Shown in pieces: positions 46,788-56,807 of a stretch of DNA of 64,000 nucleotides. Origin of the DNA: a bacterium (lineage in GTDB: Bacteria; SZUA-182; DTGQ01; JAFGSM01); contig JBLIRN010000015.1 of the NCBI GenBank assembly GCA_049472315.1, forward strand, positions 2,598 through 66,597, given 5' to 3'. Position numbers and translations under genes: made by a program. The stretch's first letter is position 1; each line of letters begins with the position of its first letter. The notes beneath the pieces are model-generated. The model worked only from the letters and a program-made list of their open reading frames with translations. It had not been told where the DNA came from and did not search any database.

Positions 46788-48953
46788 TTAGGAGGATGTA
46801 TGTATCCGTGAGGAGGATTCCTTCAATTCGATCTTTCGGATTGCCGCACTATCGCGGAGCAGCTTCCTGACACCCCTTTTCCGCCAGATTTGCTCCAGTG
46901 GATAGCGGGTTTTCCTCCTCCAGTTAGGCCGCTCCTCTATGGTCCCGGGAACATTCTGGGGAAGGGTTTCCTGCCAGAGGTCCTCCAGGTTCACCAGCAC
47001 AATCCTCACCGGGCTTTCGCACAGATAGAAAAGACAAGCCTGAAGGACAGCAGGGAGGTCGCCGCGGCTGTTCAGCCATGTCCCGTGTCGAAGAAGACGC
47101 ACGCAGAACTCCCTGATTCGTTTTCGCCGCTGTTTTTCCTTCCTGGCACCCTGGTGATCGAGAAGGCCCAATTTCACCCGGTCGTCGATGTCCAGTCCCC
47201 GCCAGAAGGCGGTGAAGGTGGGCATATCGTGGGTGTTGAGCCCGGCCAGGGCGTTGGCAGGAGCCCCTTTGATTACCTTATGGGGGTTATCGGGGAGCTC
47301 AAATTGAAGGATGTACATGTGTAGCAGGTTGTGGCGATCCATATCCCTGTTGACATAGAAGGGTACGGTTCCCAGGTTCTCACCGATGATGAGGGAATCA
47401 TGGCGGTGGGATTCAATGCTCAGGATGGCGTAGAACTCATCCGCATGGTAGTGCACGTATACCCCCTGATCGGCCTCCAAGCCTTCCGGTATCCAGAAGA
47501 GCCGATGAAGGCCCATCACGTGATCGATTCGAAGGAGCGATGCATGCTCGAGTTGCGTGCGGAGCGAGGCTATGTAGTAGGCATAGCATTGCTCCCTGAG
47601 CCGATGGGGGTGGAGCGGCGGAAAACACCAGTTTTGCCCTTTGGAGAAGAAGGGATCGGGTGGGGCGCCTGCCGAGACCTCCGGGCAATAAAGCCCCTGG
47701 TCATGCCAGACATCGAAACTGTGGCGATGGACCCCCAGAGGCATGTCAAGGCAGAGCCCATGACCTAAGTCCTCCGCCTTTCGGGCTACCGATGCGAGTT
47801 GCTCCTGCATGACCCACTGCGCGTATAGATGGTACTGCATATCGGTGCGTTCAAAATCATGGCTTGACAGGCTTCCTTCCCGGAGAGGGCTGGGCCATTC
47901 GGGCCATGGGCGGCCTTGTGCCTCACAGGTTGACTGGAACCGGGCATATTCCTCTGCCAGGGGATGTGCATCGAGATAGTGGAGGTATTCTTCGTAGCGG
48001 GAGGGGGGCCTTTCTGAAAAGAAGAAGGCGGCCAATCGCTCCATGATCCCTCTTTTCTGGGTAGCGTGACGGCGGTAGTCCACCAGGGGGGATGTCTGCA
48101 GGGCTTTTAGCTCCCTTTTGAAATCGGAGGACCCAAGGATCGTTTGCGCCTCGCTGCAGTGTGCCAATTCCGGTACCCGTGAGATATCGATATACAGCTC
48201 GTTCCAAAAGAGGCGGCTTGCAGGTGCATAGGGGCTCGGATCGAACACGCCGTTCAGGAACGAGGCGAGGATTGGGGTGGTGGCGGTTATCTCAACCCCT
48301 GCTTCGGCGACCTTTGTAATAAGGGCCTCAAGGTCGGTGAGGTCCCCCGTACCCCAGCTCCGTTTGCTATGCAAGGCATAAATAGGGGCAAATACCCCCA
48401 ACTGTTTATTAAAAGAGTTGCTGGAAGAGCCAAATGCCTTGATTGGAGAGGCGATGACCATCACCCGGAACAGGTCCCTTCCCATCTCCACGGTAAGTTG
48501 ATGATATCCGATTGGGAGCCTGACAGGAATGGTGAATATTGTGACTACATAAGGGATTCCATCAATTTTCCTTAATGCTCGTGAAGAAATATGGGAAGGT
48601 GTGAAGATGAAGTCATTCACCCCCCCATCCTCGGTCACGAGATGGCACCGGATAGGCTCTTCAGCTCGGTCATGGGGAATGCGCAGCTTCAGGCGTGCCG
48701 GTACGCCCTCCCACGCAACAACGACCGGCTCCACAAAACGGCCATACAGGAATCGTCTGCGGGACGCAAGCATGTCTGGCACGTCTTGAAGGTCGTGTAT
48801 ATGGGCGCTTAGGGTCCGGAGCACTCGTATAAGGGCCTCCGGAGAGGCGTGCCTGCAATTGCCCTCCACATCATAGTAGGCAAGCTGTATTCCATATAAT
48901 CTGGCCAGCTTGTGTAACTGTTTGATCAATGGATCGGTCATGATGCGCGTCAT
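46788..48953 (-). CDS. malQ: 4-alpha-glucanotransferase (amylomaltase, GH77) with N-terminal extension
   Basis: GH77 blocks: GVFAPIYAL.S...WG.GD, LRIDHVMGLHRLFWIP, YVHYHADEF, IIGENLGTVP, NTHDMPTFTAFW. Confidence 0.85.
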   Translation of the reverse strand: MTRIMTDPLIKQLHKLARLYGIQLAYYDVEGNCRHASPEALIRVLRTLSAHIHDLQDVPDMLASRRRFLYGRFVEPVVVAWEGVPARLKLRIPHDRAEEPIRCHLVTEDGGVNDFIFTPSHISSRALRKIDGIPYVVTIFTIPVRLPIGYHQLTVEMGRDLFRVMVIASPIKAFGSSSNSFNKQLGVFAPIYALHSKRSWGTGDLTDLEALITKVAEAGVEITATTPILASFLNGVFDPSPYAPASRLFWNELYIDISRVPELAHCSEAQTILGSSDFKRELKALQTSPLVDYRRHATQKRGIMERLAAFFFSERPPSRYEEYLHYLDAHPLAEEYARFQSTCEAQGRPWPEWPSPLREGSLSSHDFERTDMQYHLYAQWVMQEQLASVARKAEDLGHGLCLDMPLGVHRHSFDVWHDQGLYCPEVSAGAPPDPFFSKGQNWCFPPLHPHRLREQCYAYYIASLRTQLEHASLLRIDHVMGLHRLFWIPEGLEADQGVYVHYHADEFYAILSIESHRHDSLIIGENLGTVPFYVNRDMDRHNLLHMYILQFELPDNPHKVIKGAPANALAGLNTHDMPTFTAFWRGLDIDDRVKLGLLDHQGARKEKQRRKRIREFCVRLLRHGTWLNSRGDLPAVLQACLFYLCESPVRIVLVNLEDLWQETLPQNVPGTIEERPNWRRKTRYPLEQIWRKRGVRKLLRDSAAIRKIELKESSSRIHTSS

Positions 48954-49679
48954 GGGTCTTCCATATCGATGCTCAGGAGAATTTACTTGTCAACCTCAGG
49001 GTAAGGCATGCCCTCCTCATCCACGGTATGAAGACATGAATCATCTTATCCGGTCGGCTCAAGGATGATTGAATCATTGCAACCGATTTCTCCCAGCCTG
49101 GATAAAATCCGCTCCCGCTCAATTGCTCCCTTGCCGTGGGGAGGGGGGTACCGTTATCTGCCTCGTTATAGCTAACGCGAGTCGGACCTGGGTGCCAGCA
49201 AGATGTGCCACCCAGGTGAAGACATTTCCGGTACTTGGCCATTCCCCCATAGCCAAGGTCACACTGTTCCCTTGTTGACCGTACACAATCCATTAAGGAT
49301 ATCATTGGCCTGTCCGAACATCAAATGGGTGGGCACATTTCCCAATGCCGAAGGCATGCTCAACGACAAAAATGTTTCGCTATCCGAGCGAATGCCTTTC
49401 CTTTCCCCTTTTTGTTATTAAGTGATCCAGAATGCTTCGCGTATATGTAAGTGTATAGTTACTTCAAAAATGGGTGTATTTCATAATACCAGGTATTACT
49501 TCGAAGCGAAAGAAACGAAGGAATGCATGCTGACTACAATGGAACGTCAGAATTGGAATTGCAGCAGGGACAGGGAGTGAATTTTCTGCAAGGGTAAGAT
49601 ATGATATAATTATAATCGTAATTGGTGTATTCAGGGAAGGGATGCAGTTGGAGTACATGGTGAGGAAGGGGGGCGCAGG

Positions 49680-50936
49680 ATGTCGGAAGAATTGATGCAC
49701 GAGATGTCCTATGAGATGGAGGGGGTAGTGCCCATCGCCGGGCTCATTATATTGAGCCCCAGGGAACGGGCGTGCGTGGTCACGGTGGCACGGATGATCA
49801 CCCCCCATACCCATGATTTGACCAGTGCATGGTCCACCATCTTTTTCAGCCACCTCAGCACGCAAAAGGGGGTCCCCCTGGAAGAGATAATGAAACACCC
49901 CGAAAACATCTCCCTTCAGGCGCACCTCATCAGCCTCGTCGACGATCTTGCCCGGAATATCGGGGAGGATGATCTCGAAGGGTATGTAAGGCAGGTAGTG
50001 GAGTTGGGTGTGTGCATGGCCAAAGAGGATCTGCCCTTTGAAACCGTGGTGCAGGGGTTTCATTTTTTCGAGGTGGTCACCGACACCTTTTTGAGTGAGC
50101 GTTTTTCGGACAGCGCCGAGCTCTTCGAAACCCTCAAGTCCATGGATACCCTCTGCCACGCCACCCTGGCGGTTATCGCCAAGGAGTATTTCAATGAAAA
50201 GAACCGGCGGATAAACCTGCTGCAGGTTTCCCGGGCCGAAATGGTCACCGGACTTGTCCATGACGTGAGGGACAAGCTCTCCTTCGGCAAGACCCTGCCT
50301 GATATGTATCGCAGCGGGGTGTTCGAGAAGAACCCCGAAAAGCTCGGGCATTATATGGACATGCTCAAGGATATCATGGAGGAGGCCCTCGAGGTCATCA
50401 CCCATGCCCTCGACTATGGCAAGATCATCGACGGCTCCTACAAGATTAAGGCGCGCAAGACGGACCTGGTGAGCCTGGTGAGAAGGATCGTGGAGCCGTT
50501 TATCAAGATCCTGGAGGATGAACATAAGAAGGTGTTCATCAACGGGCAGCTCTACAAGGGAGGACCTGTTGACCTGAAGGCCATGGCGTATGTGGACACC
50601 AAACAGATCGGCCGCGTGTTCGGCAGCCTTTTCGCGAATGCGGTGAAATACACACGCGATGAGATACGATTTACCTTCGAGGAGCGGGAGTGCTGTATTT
50701 GGTGCTCGGTTACTGATAACGGCATAGGGATCGCCGAGGAACACAAGAAAAAGATGTTTCATTCAGGGATTGCAGGGATACAGATCCCCGGTGACCACAT
50801 GGAGGTGAATTACGGCATCTGCACCGATACGGTCAAAAGGATCGTCGAGTTGCACGGCGGGTCGATCGGTGTGGATTCATCGCCCGACACAGGGACCACC
50901 TTCTACTTCTGCATCCCTAAAAGCCCCAGCAGATAG
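49680..50936 (+). CDS. cytoplasmic sensor histidine kinase-like protein (HATPase_c domain; divergent H-box)
   Basis: C-terminal GHKL ATPase blocks (FANAVKYT, VTDNGIGIAEEH, GTTFYF). Possible H-box LVHDVRDKL. No TM segments. Competing antisense ORF 49464..50762 has no recognisable domains. Confidence 0.65.
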   Translation: MSEELMHEMSYEMEGVVPIAGLIILSPRERACVVTVARMITPHTHDLTSAWSTIFFSHLSTQKGVPLEEIMKHPENISLQAHLISLVDDLARNIGEDDLEGYVRQVVELGVCMAKEDLPFETVVQGFHFFEVVTDTFLSERFSDSAELFETLKSMDTLCHATLAVIAKEYFNEKNRRINLLQVSRAEMVTGLVHDVRDKLSFGKTLPDMYRSGVFEKNPEKLGHYMDMLKDIMEEALEVITHALDYGKIIDGSYKIKARKTDLVSLVRRIVEPFIKILEDEHKKVFINGQLYKGGPVDLKAMAYVDTKQIGRVFGSLFANAVKYTRDEIRFTFEERECCIWCSVTDNGIGIAEEHKKKMFHSGIAGIQIPGDHMEVNYGICTDTVKRIVELHGGSIGVDSSPDTGTTFYFCIPKSPSR

Positions 50937-50944
50937 GCTGTTTG

Positions 50945-53302
50945 CTACATCCCCTTCTTCATGATCTTTTCCATAAGGGTGTGGGCCCTGAGAAAATCGG
51001 GCCGAATCCGGGTGGCCTCCCTGAGAAGCTGCATCGCCCTAGTAATATCTCCTTCGGTTGCATAGATGACCGCAAGGGAATAATAGGCATCCGTGCATGA
51101 CGGATCGACCGCGATGACCTTCCGGAATCCCTCCTTCGCCGGTTGAAAGTCCTTGCGCTCGTAGTTGATTACAGCCAGGTTATAGTGGGGCGCTGTCAGG
51201 TCCGGGTCGAGACGGAGTGCCTTTTCGAACTCTTCGATGGCATTGCCGGTTCTGCCCATCTTTGTATACACGAGCCCCAGATTGTTGTGGAACTCCGCCT
51301 GGGTCGGGTCGAGGGCGATGGCCCTGGAAAGGCACGACACCGCATCGTCCGTCATCCCGACGGTCCCGTATGCATGGCCGAGATGGTTCCATGCCTGCGC
51401 ATGGCCGGGAAGGAGGTCGAGGGTGGTCTGGTACTCCTTGATTGCGCCCTCGATATCACCGCTTTGTTCCAGCGCCACTCCGAGGTTGAAGTGGAGCTCG
51501 TGGCTGCCGGAATCGATGGCGGTTGCCTCTCTCAGGGCACTGATTGCCTTTGCATACTCACCCCGGGAGAAGTATACCGCACCCATGGAGTTCAACGCCT
51601 CGGTCCTGCCGAGATCGACACGTGCTGCCTGCATGAATTCCCGCAGGGCCCTTTCATGGTCTCCCAGGTTGAGATAGATCTCGCCCAGGTGCTGGTGGAT
51701 ATCGAGATAATCCGGGTTGTTGCGTACCACATGACGGAATGCCTCAAGGGCCCTGCCGAAATCCCCTTCTTCCTGGTATACGGAACCCAACAGGAAATTG
51801 GCCAGAAGGTTCCCGGGGTCTTCGGTGAGAACCGAGCGCAGGCGTTTTCTGGCTGCCATGAGATCACCCTCCACATAGGCGGCCATCCCCAGATCCAATG
51901 CGGCCACCACCGATGCCTTATCCTTGGGGTCCGGGAGATTCTGCACCTCCATTCGGTCGCCTCCCTTAATATCGTCTCCGGTGACCACATATCCAAGGGA
52001 GAGGAGACGTTTACGGGTGAGGTCATCGACGGCAACAGGCTTCACGTGGTGGGTGCGGTCGACAAGGTCCTCCCTGGCCTCGTTGAGCCGGGCATGGAGT
52101 GCGGCAGCCTGCTGCGGCGCCCTGCGAAAAAGATTCTTCCGTTCCCCGGGGTCCTTGTGTAGCTCATACAGTTCGGGTCGCGGTGCATGGATATACTTCC
52201 ACCCCTCGGTCCTGATTCCCTCCAGGGGTGCCCACCCAAATCCCCGGTACGGATATTCGCTCGCGCAGAGAAGATCGAGTCCTGCCTCCCTTTTGCCATA
52301 TACATAGGGAAGCAGGGTCTCGCCGTCGCAGGAGGCGGCGTCGCAGCCCAGCACATCCAGTATCGTGGGGAAGATGTCGATGGTCCTGACCTGGGGGGAG
52401 AGCCTTTTCCCCTGGGGGAGGTGCCCCGGATACCTCATAATGAGGGGGATGTGGAGAGTGGCGTCGTAGATGAAAAGCCCGTGGGTCCGTTCGCCGTGCT
52501 CTCCCAATCCTTCTCCGTGATCGGCGGTGAGCACGATCAGGGTGGAGTCCAGTTTCCCATTCCGTTCGAGGGCATCGAGCAGTTCCCCGATGCACGTGTC
52601 GGTGTATGCAATCTCCCCATCGTAGGGGGCATGTTCGTACGATTTCCGGTAAAGACCGGGTGGATCGTAGGGGATGTGGGGATCGAAGTAGTGCACCCAG
52701 GCAAAGAAGGGATCGGGTGTGTCATCATCCAGGAATCGAATCGCCGCCTGGGCTACCGTTTCCCCCTTCCTCTCCTGGTACAGGGAGGTATCCTGCGATC
52801 CGGCAGGTGCCATGCGGTCGTTGTAGATATCGAAGCCCTGCGCAAGACCGAATCGCGCATCCAGGATAAACGATCCCACGAATGCCCCGCACCGGTATCC
52901 CTTGCCGTGGAGTACCTCCGCCAGGGTCAGAAAATCGTCCTCCAGCATGAATATACCGTTGTCCTTCACCCCGTGAACGGCAGGAAGCAGCCCGGTCATG
53001 ATGGATGCATGGGAGGGGAGGGTGATGGGCACCGGCGTGAATGCCTGGAGAAACTGCACGCCCTCGCGCGCAAGGCGGTCGATTGTCGGCGTCCGGATCT
53101 CCTCGTATCCGTAACACCCAAGGTGATCCGCCCGCAGGGTATCCACGGTGATCAGGAGTACGTTGCACTGATTACCATGGGGTGAAATCCTCGAATCAGG
53201 TCGGACCCTGCACCCGACCAGGCAGAGCATCCCCAGGAGGAGGGTACACAAAACGAGACTGTCTTTATAGAAGGATTTTTTCAACTGCATAGACACTTCC
53301 AA
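50945..53302 (-). CDS. sulfatase-like (alkaline-phosphatase superfamily) lipoprotein with C-terminal TPR repeats
   Basis: First codon of the ORF is TTG. Likely start is MQLKKSF at 53290, with lipobox LVGC. Sulfatase N-domain LLITVDTLRADHLGCYG. The formylglycine motif is replaced (TLPSH instead of C/S-x-P-x-R). C-terminal TPR repeats number eight or more. Confidence 0.85.
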   Translation of the reverse strand: MEVSMQLKKSFYKDSLVLCTLLLGMLCLVGCRVRPDSRISPHGNQCNVLLITVDTLRADHLGCYGYEEIRTPTIDRLAREGVQFLQAFTPVPITLPSHASIMTGLLPAVHGVKDNGIFMLEDDFLTLAEVLHGKGYRCGAFVGSFILDARFGLAQGFDIYNDRMAPAGSQDTSLYQERKGETVAQAAIRFLDDDTPDPFFAWVHYFDPHIPYDPPGLYRKSYEHAPYDGEIAYTDTCIGELLDALERNGKLDSTLIVLTADHGEGLGEHGERTHGLFIYDATLHIPLIMRYPGHLPQGKRLSPQVRTIDIFPTILDVLGCDAASCDGETLLPYVYGKREAGLDLLCASEYPYRGFGWAPLEGIRTEGWKYIHAPRPELYELHKDPGERKNLFRRAPQQAAALHARLNEAREDLVDRTHHVKPVAVDDLTRKRLLSLGYVVTGDDIKGGDRMEVQNLPDPKDKASVVAALDLGMAAYVEGDLMAARKRLRSVLTEDPGNLLANFLLGSVYQEEGDFGRALEAFRHVVRNNPDYLDIHQHLGEIYLNLGDHERALREFMQAARVDLGRTEALNSMGAVYFSRGEYAKAISALREATAIDSGSHELHFNLGVALEQSGDIEGAIKEYQTTLDLLPGHAQAWNHLGHAYGTVGMTDDAVSCLSRAIALDPTQAEFHNNLGLVYTKMGRTGNAIEEFEKALRLDPDLTAPHYNLAVINYERKDFQPAKEGFRKVIAVDPSCTDAYYSLAVIYATEGDITRAMQLLREATRIRPDFLRAHTLMEKIMKKGM

Positions 53303-53559
53303 TCATACTGCGGGGTTATCATTCATTCCTTATCGGACACTGTGCAACGTGCTGCCGGAATCTCACCCGGCCCACGCCATGCAGGTGTTTCTCGCGTGCA
53401 GATCGTGTAAGCCCCTCAAGGCCCTTTATTTGGCGCAAAATCGTCGTTTTCCTTATGCAAGGCCGGGTTTTTACCACCGGGCAGATACTCCTTTGCATAC
53501 CGTAACCCACATCCCAATACAAGGAATTACCTCTGGGGCACTCAGGGATCTTCAATGCC

Positions 53560-55515
53560 CTATGCAATGATCCTCTTCAGCGCCGACTTCAGTTCCTGTG
53601 CGGTCGAGGGGGGAAGGTCCGTCCTTCCATAGCGCACGTCACAGAAGCAGAAGGTGATCAGGCGGATGTCATCCATCCGTTCATGCCCGTTTTCCTCGAG
53701 GAAACGGAGGAATTCCAGAGGTGTCTGTGAGGGGGACCGAATCAGATGCTGCCTGGCCAGGACCCGGAGCATCCGGCCATAGAAGTGATGTGCCTCCTGA
53801 GCCGTCCAGTCGCGTGGTTTTCTGGGCATGACAGGCCTTTTCACGAGAGGCGCCAGGGATCGCAGCAGAATCAGCGCAAATATCCCGCCCAAGGCGATCG
53901 CCAGCACATTCCAGCCCTTTCGTACGGCTCTCACCACAGCCGCGATGCCGCCGCCGATACCGGATACGAGCCGTATCTGGTCGGAGGAGCCGAAGTCCAC
54001 GATCTTCGAATACCACACATACTCGATCCATTCATAGAACGTCTGGACGAAGCGCCCATATTCAACGTCAAGGCCGGTCCCGAAGGGGGTGGCGTCCAGG
54101 GTGATCCAGCCTTTCCCCTCAAACCACGCCTCGGTCCAGGCATGGGCATGCCGGGCCCTCACATTGTAGAAGCCCCCGAGGGGATTCCTTTCCGTGGCCA
54201 CATATCCGATCACCACCCTGGCCGGGATGCCCGATCCCCGCAGCAGGAGGGTCAGGGCGGAGGCAAAGCGCTCGCAGTGCCCTTCCCGTTTTTCAAAGAG
54301 AAATTCCTCCAGTGCGGAGTGGCGATTCAGATCGGGTGCACCGATCGTATAGTTGAATTCCGTAAGGAAGTAATTCACCAGGATAGTAGCCCGCCGCAGG
54401 GGGTCTTCCTCGTGCCCGATGAGCTGGTCGAGCCATTGGTCGATCTTCGGGCCGAAGGGGGGGTGGCGGAGGTATCGTTCCTTCTGGTTGGGGTGGAGGT
54501 CGTCCGCCAGGGGGCCGGGCACGGTCCAATACTCGTAGGTGAATGGCTGATTGCGGTTGAAGGGAAGGATAAACCCGCCGAATTCCGCAGGGTAGGGCTT
54601 TCGATACCGGAATCCCTCCATATCCACCACCTGGCCGTCCACCGGAAGCATGGACCCCACCAGGTCCGGAGCGGCGACGGTCACCCGCCTGTATACACTG
54701 CCTGTCCCTTCTCCGGAGACCGGCTGTTTACGAAACTGATAGATGGCCTTTCCCGCGCGCCACGTGTTATCACGGAATGTGTCCAGGGCAAGGCATCGCA
54801 GATATGTTACGTCCCTTCCCTCGATCCTTAATACGAGCTGATGTGTCCCTTGATTGCCCCCCCTGGCGCTGTTCAATTCAGGAACGAAACCACGCCTTCT
54901 CAGGCCGAATCGCCCGGAGAAGGGCGAAAGCTGCCATCGGGGAAAGAACAGAAAGAAGACCATCATGAAGGCGAATACCCCTGCTGTCCTCTGCCAGTTT
55001 ATCAGGTCCGGGGGCCTCGTGTATGTCCCTTTGAAGCGGCGGACCTCCAATTCATTGAGCGTGGTGGGGATGAGAATGATTGCAGCGATCAGGATGAGGG
55101 CAAAGGGGTAGTTGAAGACCACCTGTGAACCAACGGCGACATGGGTGATGGCCATGGCGGTGGAGAGGATCCTTTCGCGGCGGTTCGAAGGCCAGGTCAT
55201 ACGAATGAGCTGGGTAACGGCCAAGGCGTTTCCCAGGGCGGTAAACCAGATATGCCCGGACGAGGGCTTGATTTTGAATCCGCCCACCAGGACGAGGAAG
55301 AAGATCACGGCCTCGGCCGTCTGGGAGAGATACCGCTTGTCTCTTTTGACCATGATGGCCACCATCCAGAGGCCGGTCATTATGAGCGGCATGAACCAGA
55401 GTTCCCAGACGAAGCCGTGGCAGATCAATCCGAGGAGGATCAAATAGTGCCTGATCTCTATCCCGGGTTTCCGATCCTTCATGTGTGCTTCCCTATGCCG
55501 ATCCGGTTTCGTCAT
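53560..55515 (-). CDS. transglutaminase-like membrane protein (TgpA-like: DUF3488 + transglutaminase core + DUF4129)
   Basis: N-terminal multi-TM region. Transglutaminase core GHCERFASALTLLLRGSGIPARVVIGY. C-terminal TM plus DUF4129-like tail. Confidence 0.85.
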   Translation of the reverse strand: MTKPDRHREAHMKDRKPGIEIRHYLILLGLICHGFVWELWFMPLIMTGLWMVAIMVKRDKRYLSQTAEAVIFFLVLVGGFKIKPSSGHIWFTALGNALAVTQLIRMTWPSNRRERILSTAMAITHVAVGSQVVFNYPFALILIAAIILIPTTLNELEVRRFKGTYTRPPDLINWQRTAGVFAFMMVFFLFFPRWQLSPFSGRFGLRRRGFVPELNSARGGNQGTHQLVLRIEGRDVTYLRCLALDTFRDNTWRAGKAIYQFRKQPVSGEGTGSVYRRVTVAAPDLVGSMLPVDGQVVDMEGFRYRKPYPAEFGGFILPFNRNQPFTYEYWTVPGPLADDLHPNQKERYLRHPPFGPKIDQWLDQLIGHEEDPLRRATILVNYFLTEFNYTIGAPDLNRHSALEEFLFEKREGHCERFASALTLLLRGSGIPARVVIGYVATERNPLGGFYNVRARHAHAWTEAWFEGKGWITLDATPFGTGLDVEYGRFVQTFYEWIEYVWYSKIVDFGSSDQIRLVSGIGGGIAAVVRAVRKGWNVLAIALGGIFALILLRSLAPLVKRPVMPRKPRDWTAQEAHHFYGRMLRVLARQHLIRSPSQTPLEFLRFLEENGHERMDDIRLITFCFCDVRYGRTDLPPSTAQELKSALKRIIA

Positions 55516-55673
55516 CCGTTCTCATTGTGCATGCGTGGTTCCAATGCCTGGTCAATTATCCTTATTCCGTTTGCCGGACAGCCTTTTTCATGATGCTTCC
55601 GACTCCATGCATAAGCAGGGGGCCCGATGCCGGGTGATCGTATAGATTTTTCATGCATGGATGGATTCCCCCT

Positions 55674-56807
55674 TCAACGGCCATGATATATCTGGTGCGC
55701 CGAATAGCGACAAATCGGATACCCCTTCAGCCATGCCGTATTTTCGACAAAGTCCGGGAGGTACACGAAGATGAGCCGTTTAGCGCACGCGGGATTTTCC
55801 TGCAAGAATCCAGGGAGATCCCGGTCTTCACCGATGAGCACAAAGCAGAGGCTCGATTTTTTTGGGACATGGGCGAGGATGTCCTCCAGATGCGTGATCA
55901 CGGTCGCTGCCTGATGCTCCTCCATTCTGGCCATGATCTCCAGCACGATATCGGAGCCGTTAAAGGGGGATACATGGGAGATCTCTCCCGTTCCCAGGTT
56001 CGCCAGGGAGATCTGGTTCCCCTTGTCCAGGGCAGCCAGGGCCAGGGAGCCTGCAGCGCGAGCCGCCCAATCAAGCGCAGGGCTGTCCTCGGGCGTCGAG
56101 TTCCGGCGGCTGTCAACGAGCACGCAGACCCGTCCGGACAACTCCTCGTCGAACTCCTTGACCATCATCCCTTGTCCCTTGGAGGAACTGGGCCAGTGGA
56201 TGAGCTTCACCGGATCCCGCTCCTGCATCGGACGAACCCCATGGAACTGATCCCCCATGCTCGTCCGGTATTTCCCTTTCATCTGCCCCCCCAGCATGGG
56301 GATAAAACCACCGGCATGCGGCGGGTCACAGTGGTACACCGAGGGATAGACCAGGATCTCCCCGGCCCGGTCAAACGGTCTTTGATAGCGGATCAATCCG
56401 AACGGGAAACCACAGGAAACGGTCAACCCTGTATAGGGGTACACCCCCCGTTTAACCAGGGTGAGTTCAGGTGACCGGCGGATGCACTCTCCGGGAGGAA
56501 TCGCGCCGACCCTGAACAGCGGTCCCCATGTGCTTTTGATCTCGATGAATCCGCGCATGCGCGAGGTTGGATTACGGAAGGTCCAGGTTCCCCGGACCGG
56601 TTGACCCTCGGTGGCGGTCAGCGTATTGGCCGGTGTGATGCGGAGGGACGAGAGGTGCCTGATTGCGGCTATGAGATTGTATATATAGCAGCCGATGATG
56701 ATACCCAGCACCAGAAAGAGCAGGCCGCTCAATTCCTGCATGGAGGCGATATACATGAGGAGCGCAAGGCAGGCCAGACCGTATCCGAATTTTGTGGGGA
56801 AAATCAC
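55674..56807 (-). CDS. DUF58 domain protein (vWA-like, MoxR-associated)
   Basis: Two N-terminal TM helices. DUF58 pattern G...FRPG.....G..F.GVR.Y..GD..R.IHW..SAR. Four-nt overlap with moxR. Confidence 0.8.
   Translation of the reverse strand: MIFPTKFGYGLACLALLMYIASMQELSGLLFLVLGIIIGCYIYNLIAAIRHLSSLRITPANTLTATEGQPVRGTWTFRNPTSRMRGFIEIKSTWGPLFRVGAIPPGECIRRSPELTLVKRGVYPYTGLTVSCGFPFGLIRYQRPFDRAGEILVYPSVYHCDPPHAGGFIPMLGGQMKGKYRTSMGDQFHGVRPMQERDPVKLIHWPSSSKGQGMMVKEFDEELSGRVCVLVDSRRNSTPEDSPALDWAARAAGSLALAALDKGNQISLANLGTGEISHVSPFNGSDIVLEIMARMEEHQAATVITHLEDILAHVPKKSSLCFVLIGEDRDLPGFLQENPACAKRLIFVYLPDFVENTAWLKGYPICRYSAHQIYHGR

Noticed and set aside
48973-49305. ORF 48973..49305(-) in the 725-bp gap between malQ and the HK-like gene
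   Set aside because: It has no RBS or recognisable features and is likely a non-coding promoter region.
49464-50762. Minus-strand 432-aa ORF overlapping the HK-like gene
   Set aside because: The plus-strand product carries recognisable GHKL ATPase blocks and the minus-strand product carries none. The strand choice rests on that alone.
51143-53185. Plus-strand ORFs 51143..52162 and 52187..53185
   Set aside because: They are antisense to the sulfatase-like/TPR gene and have no motifs.
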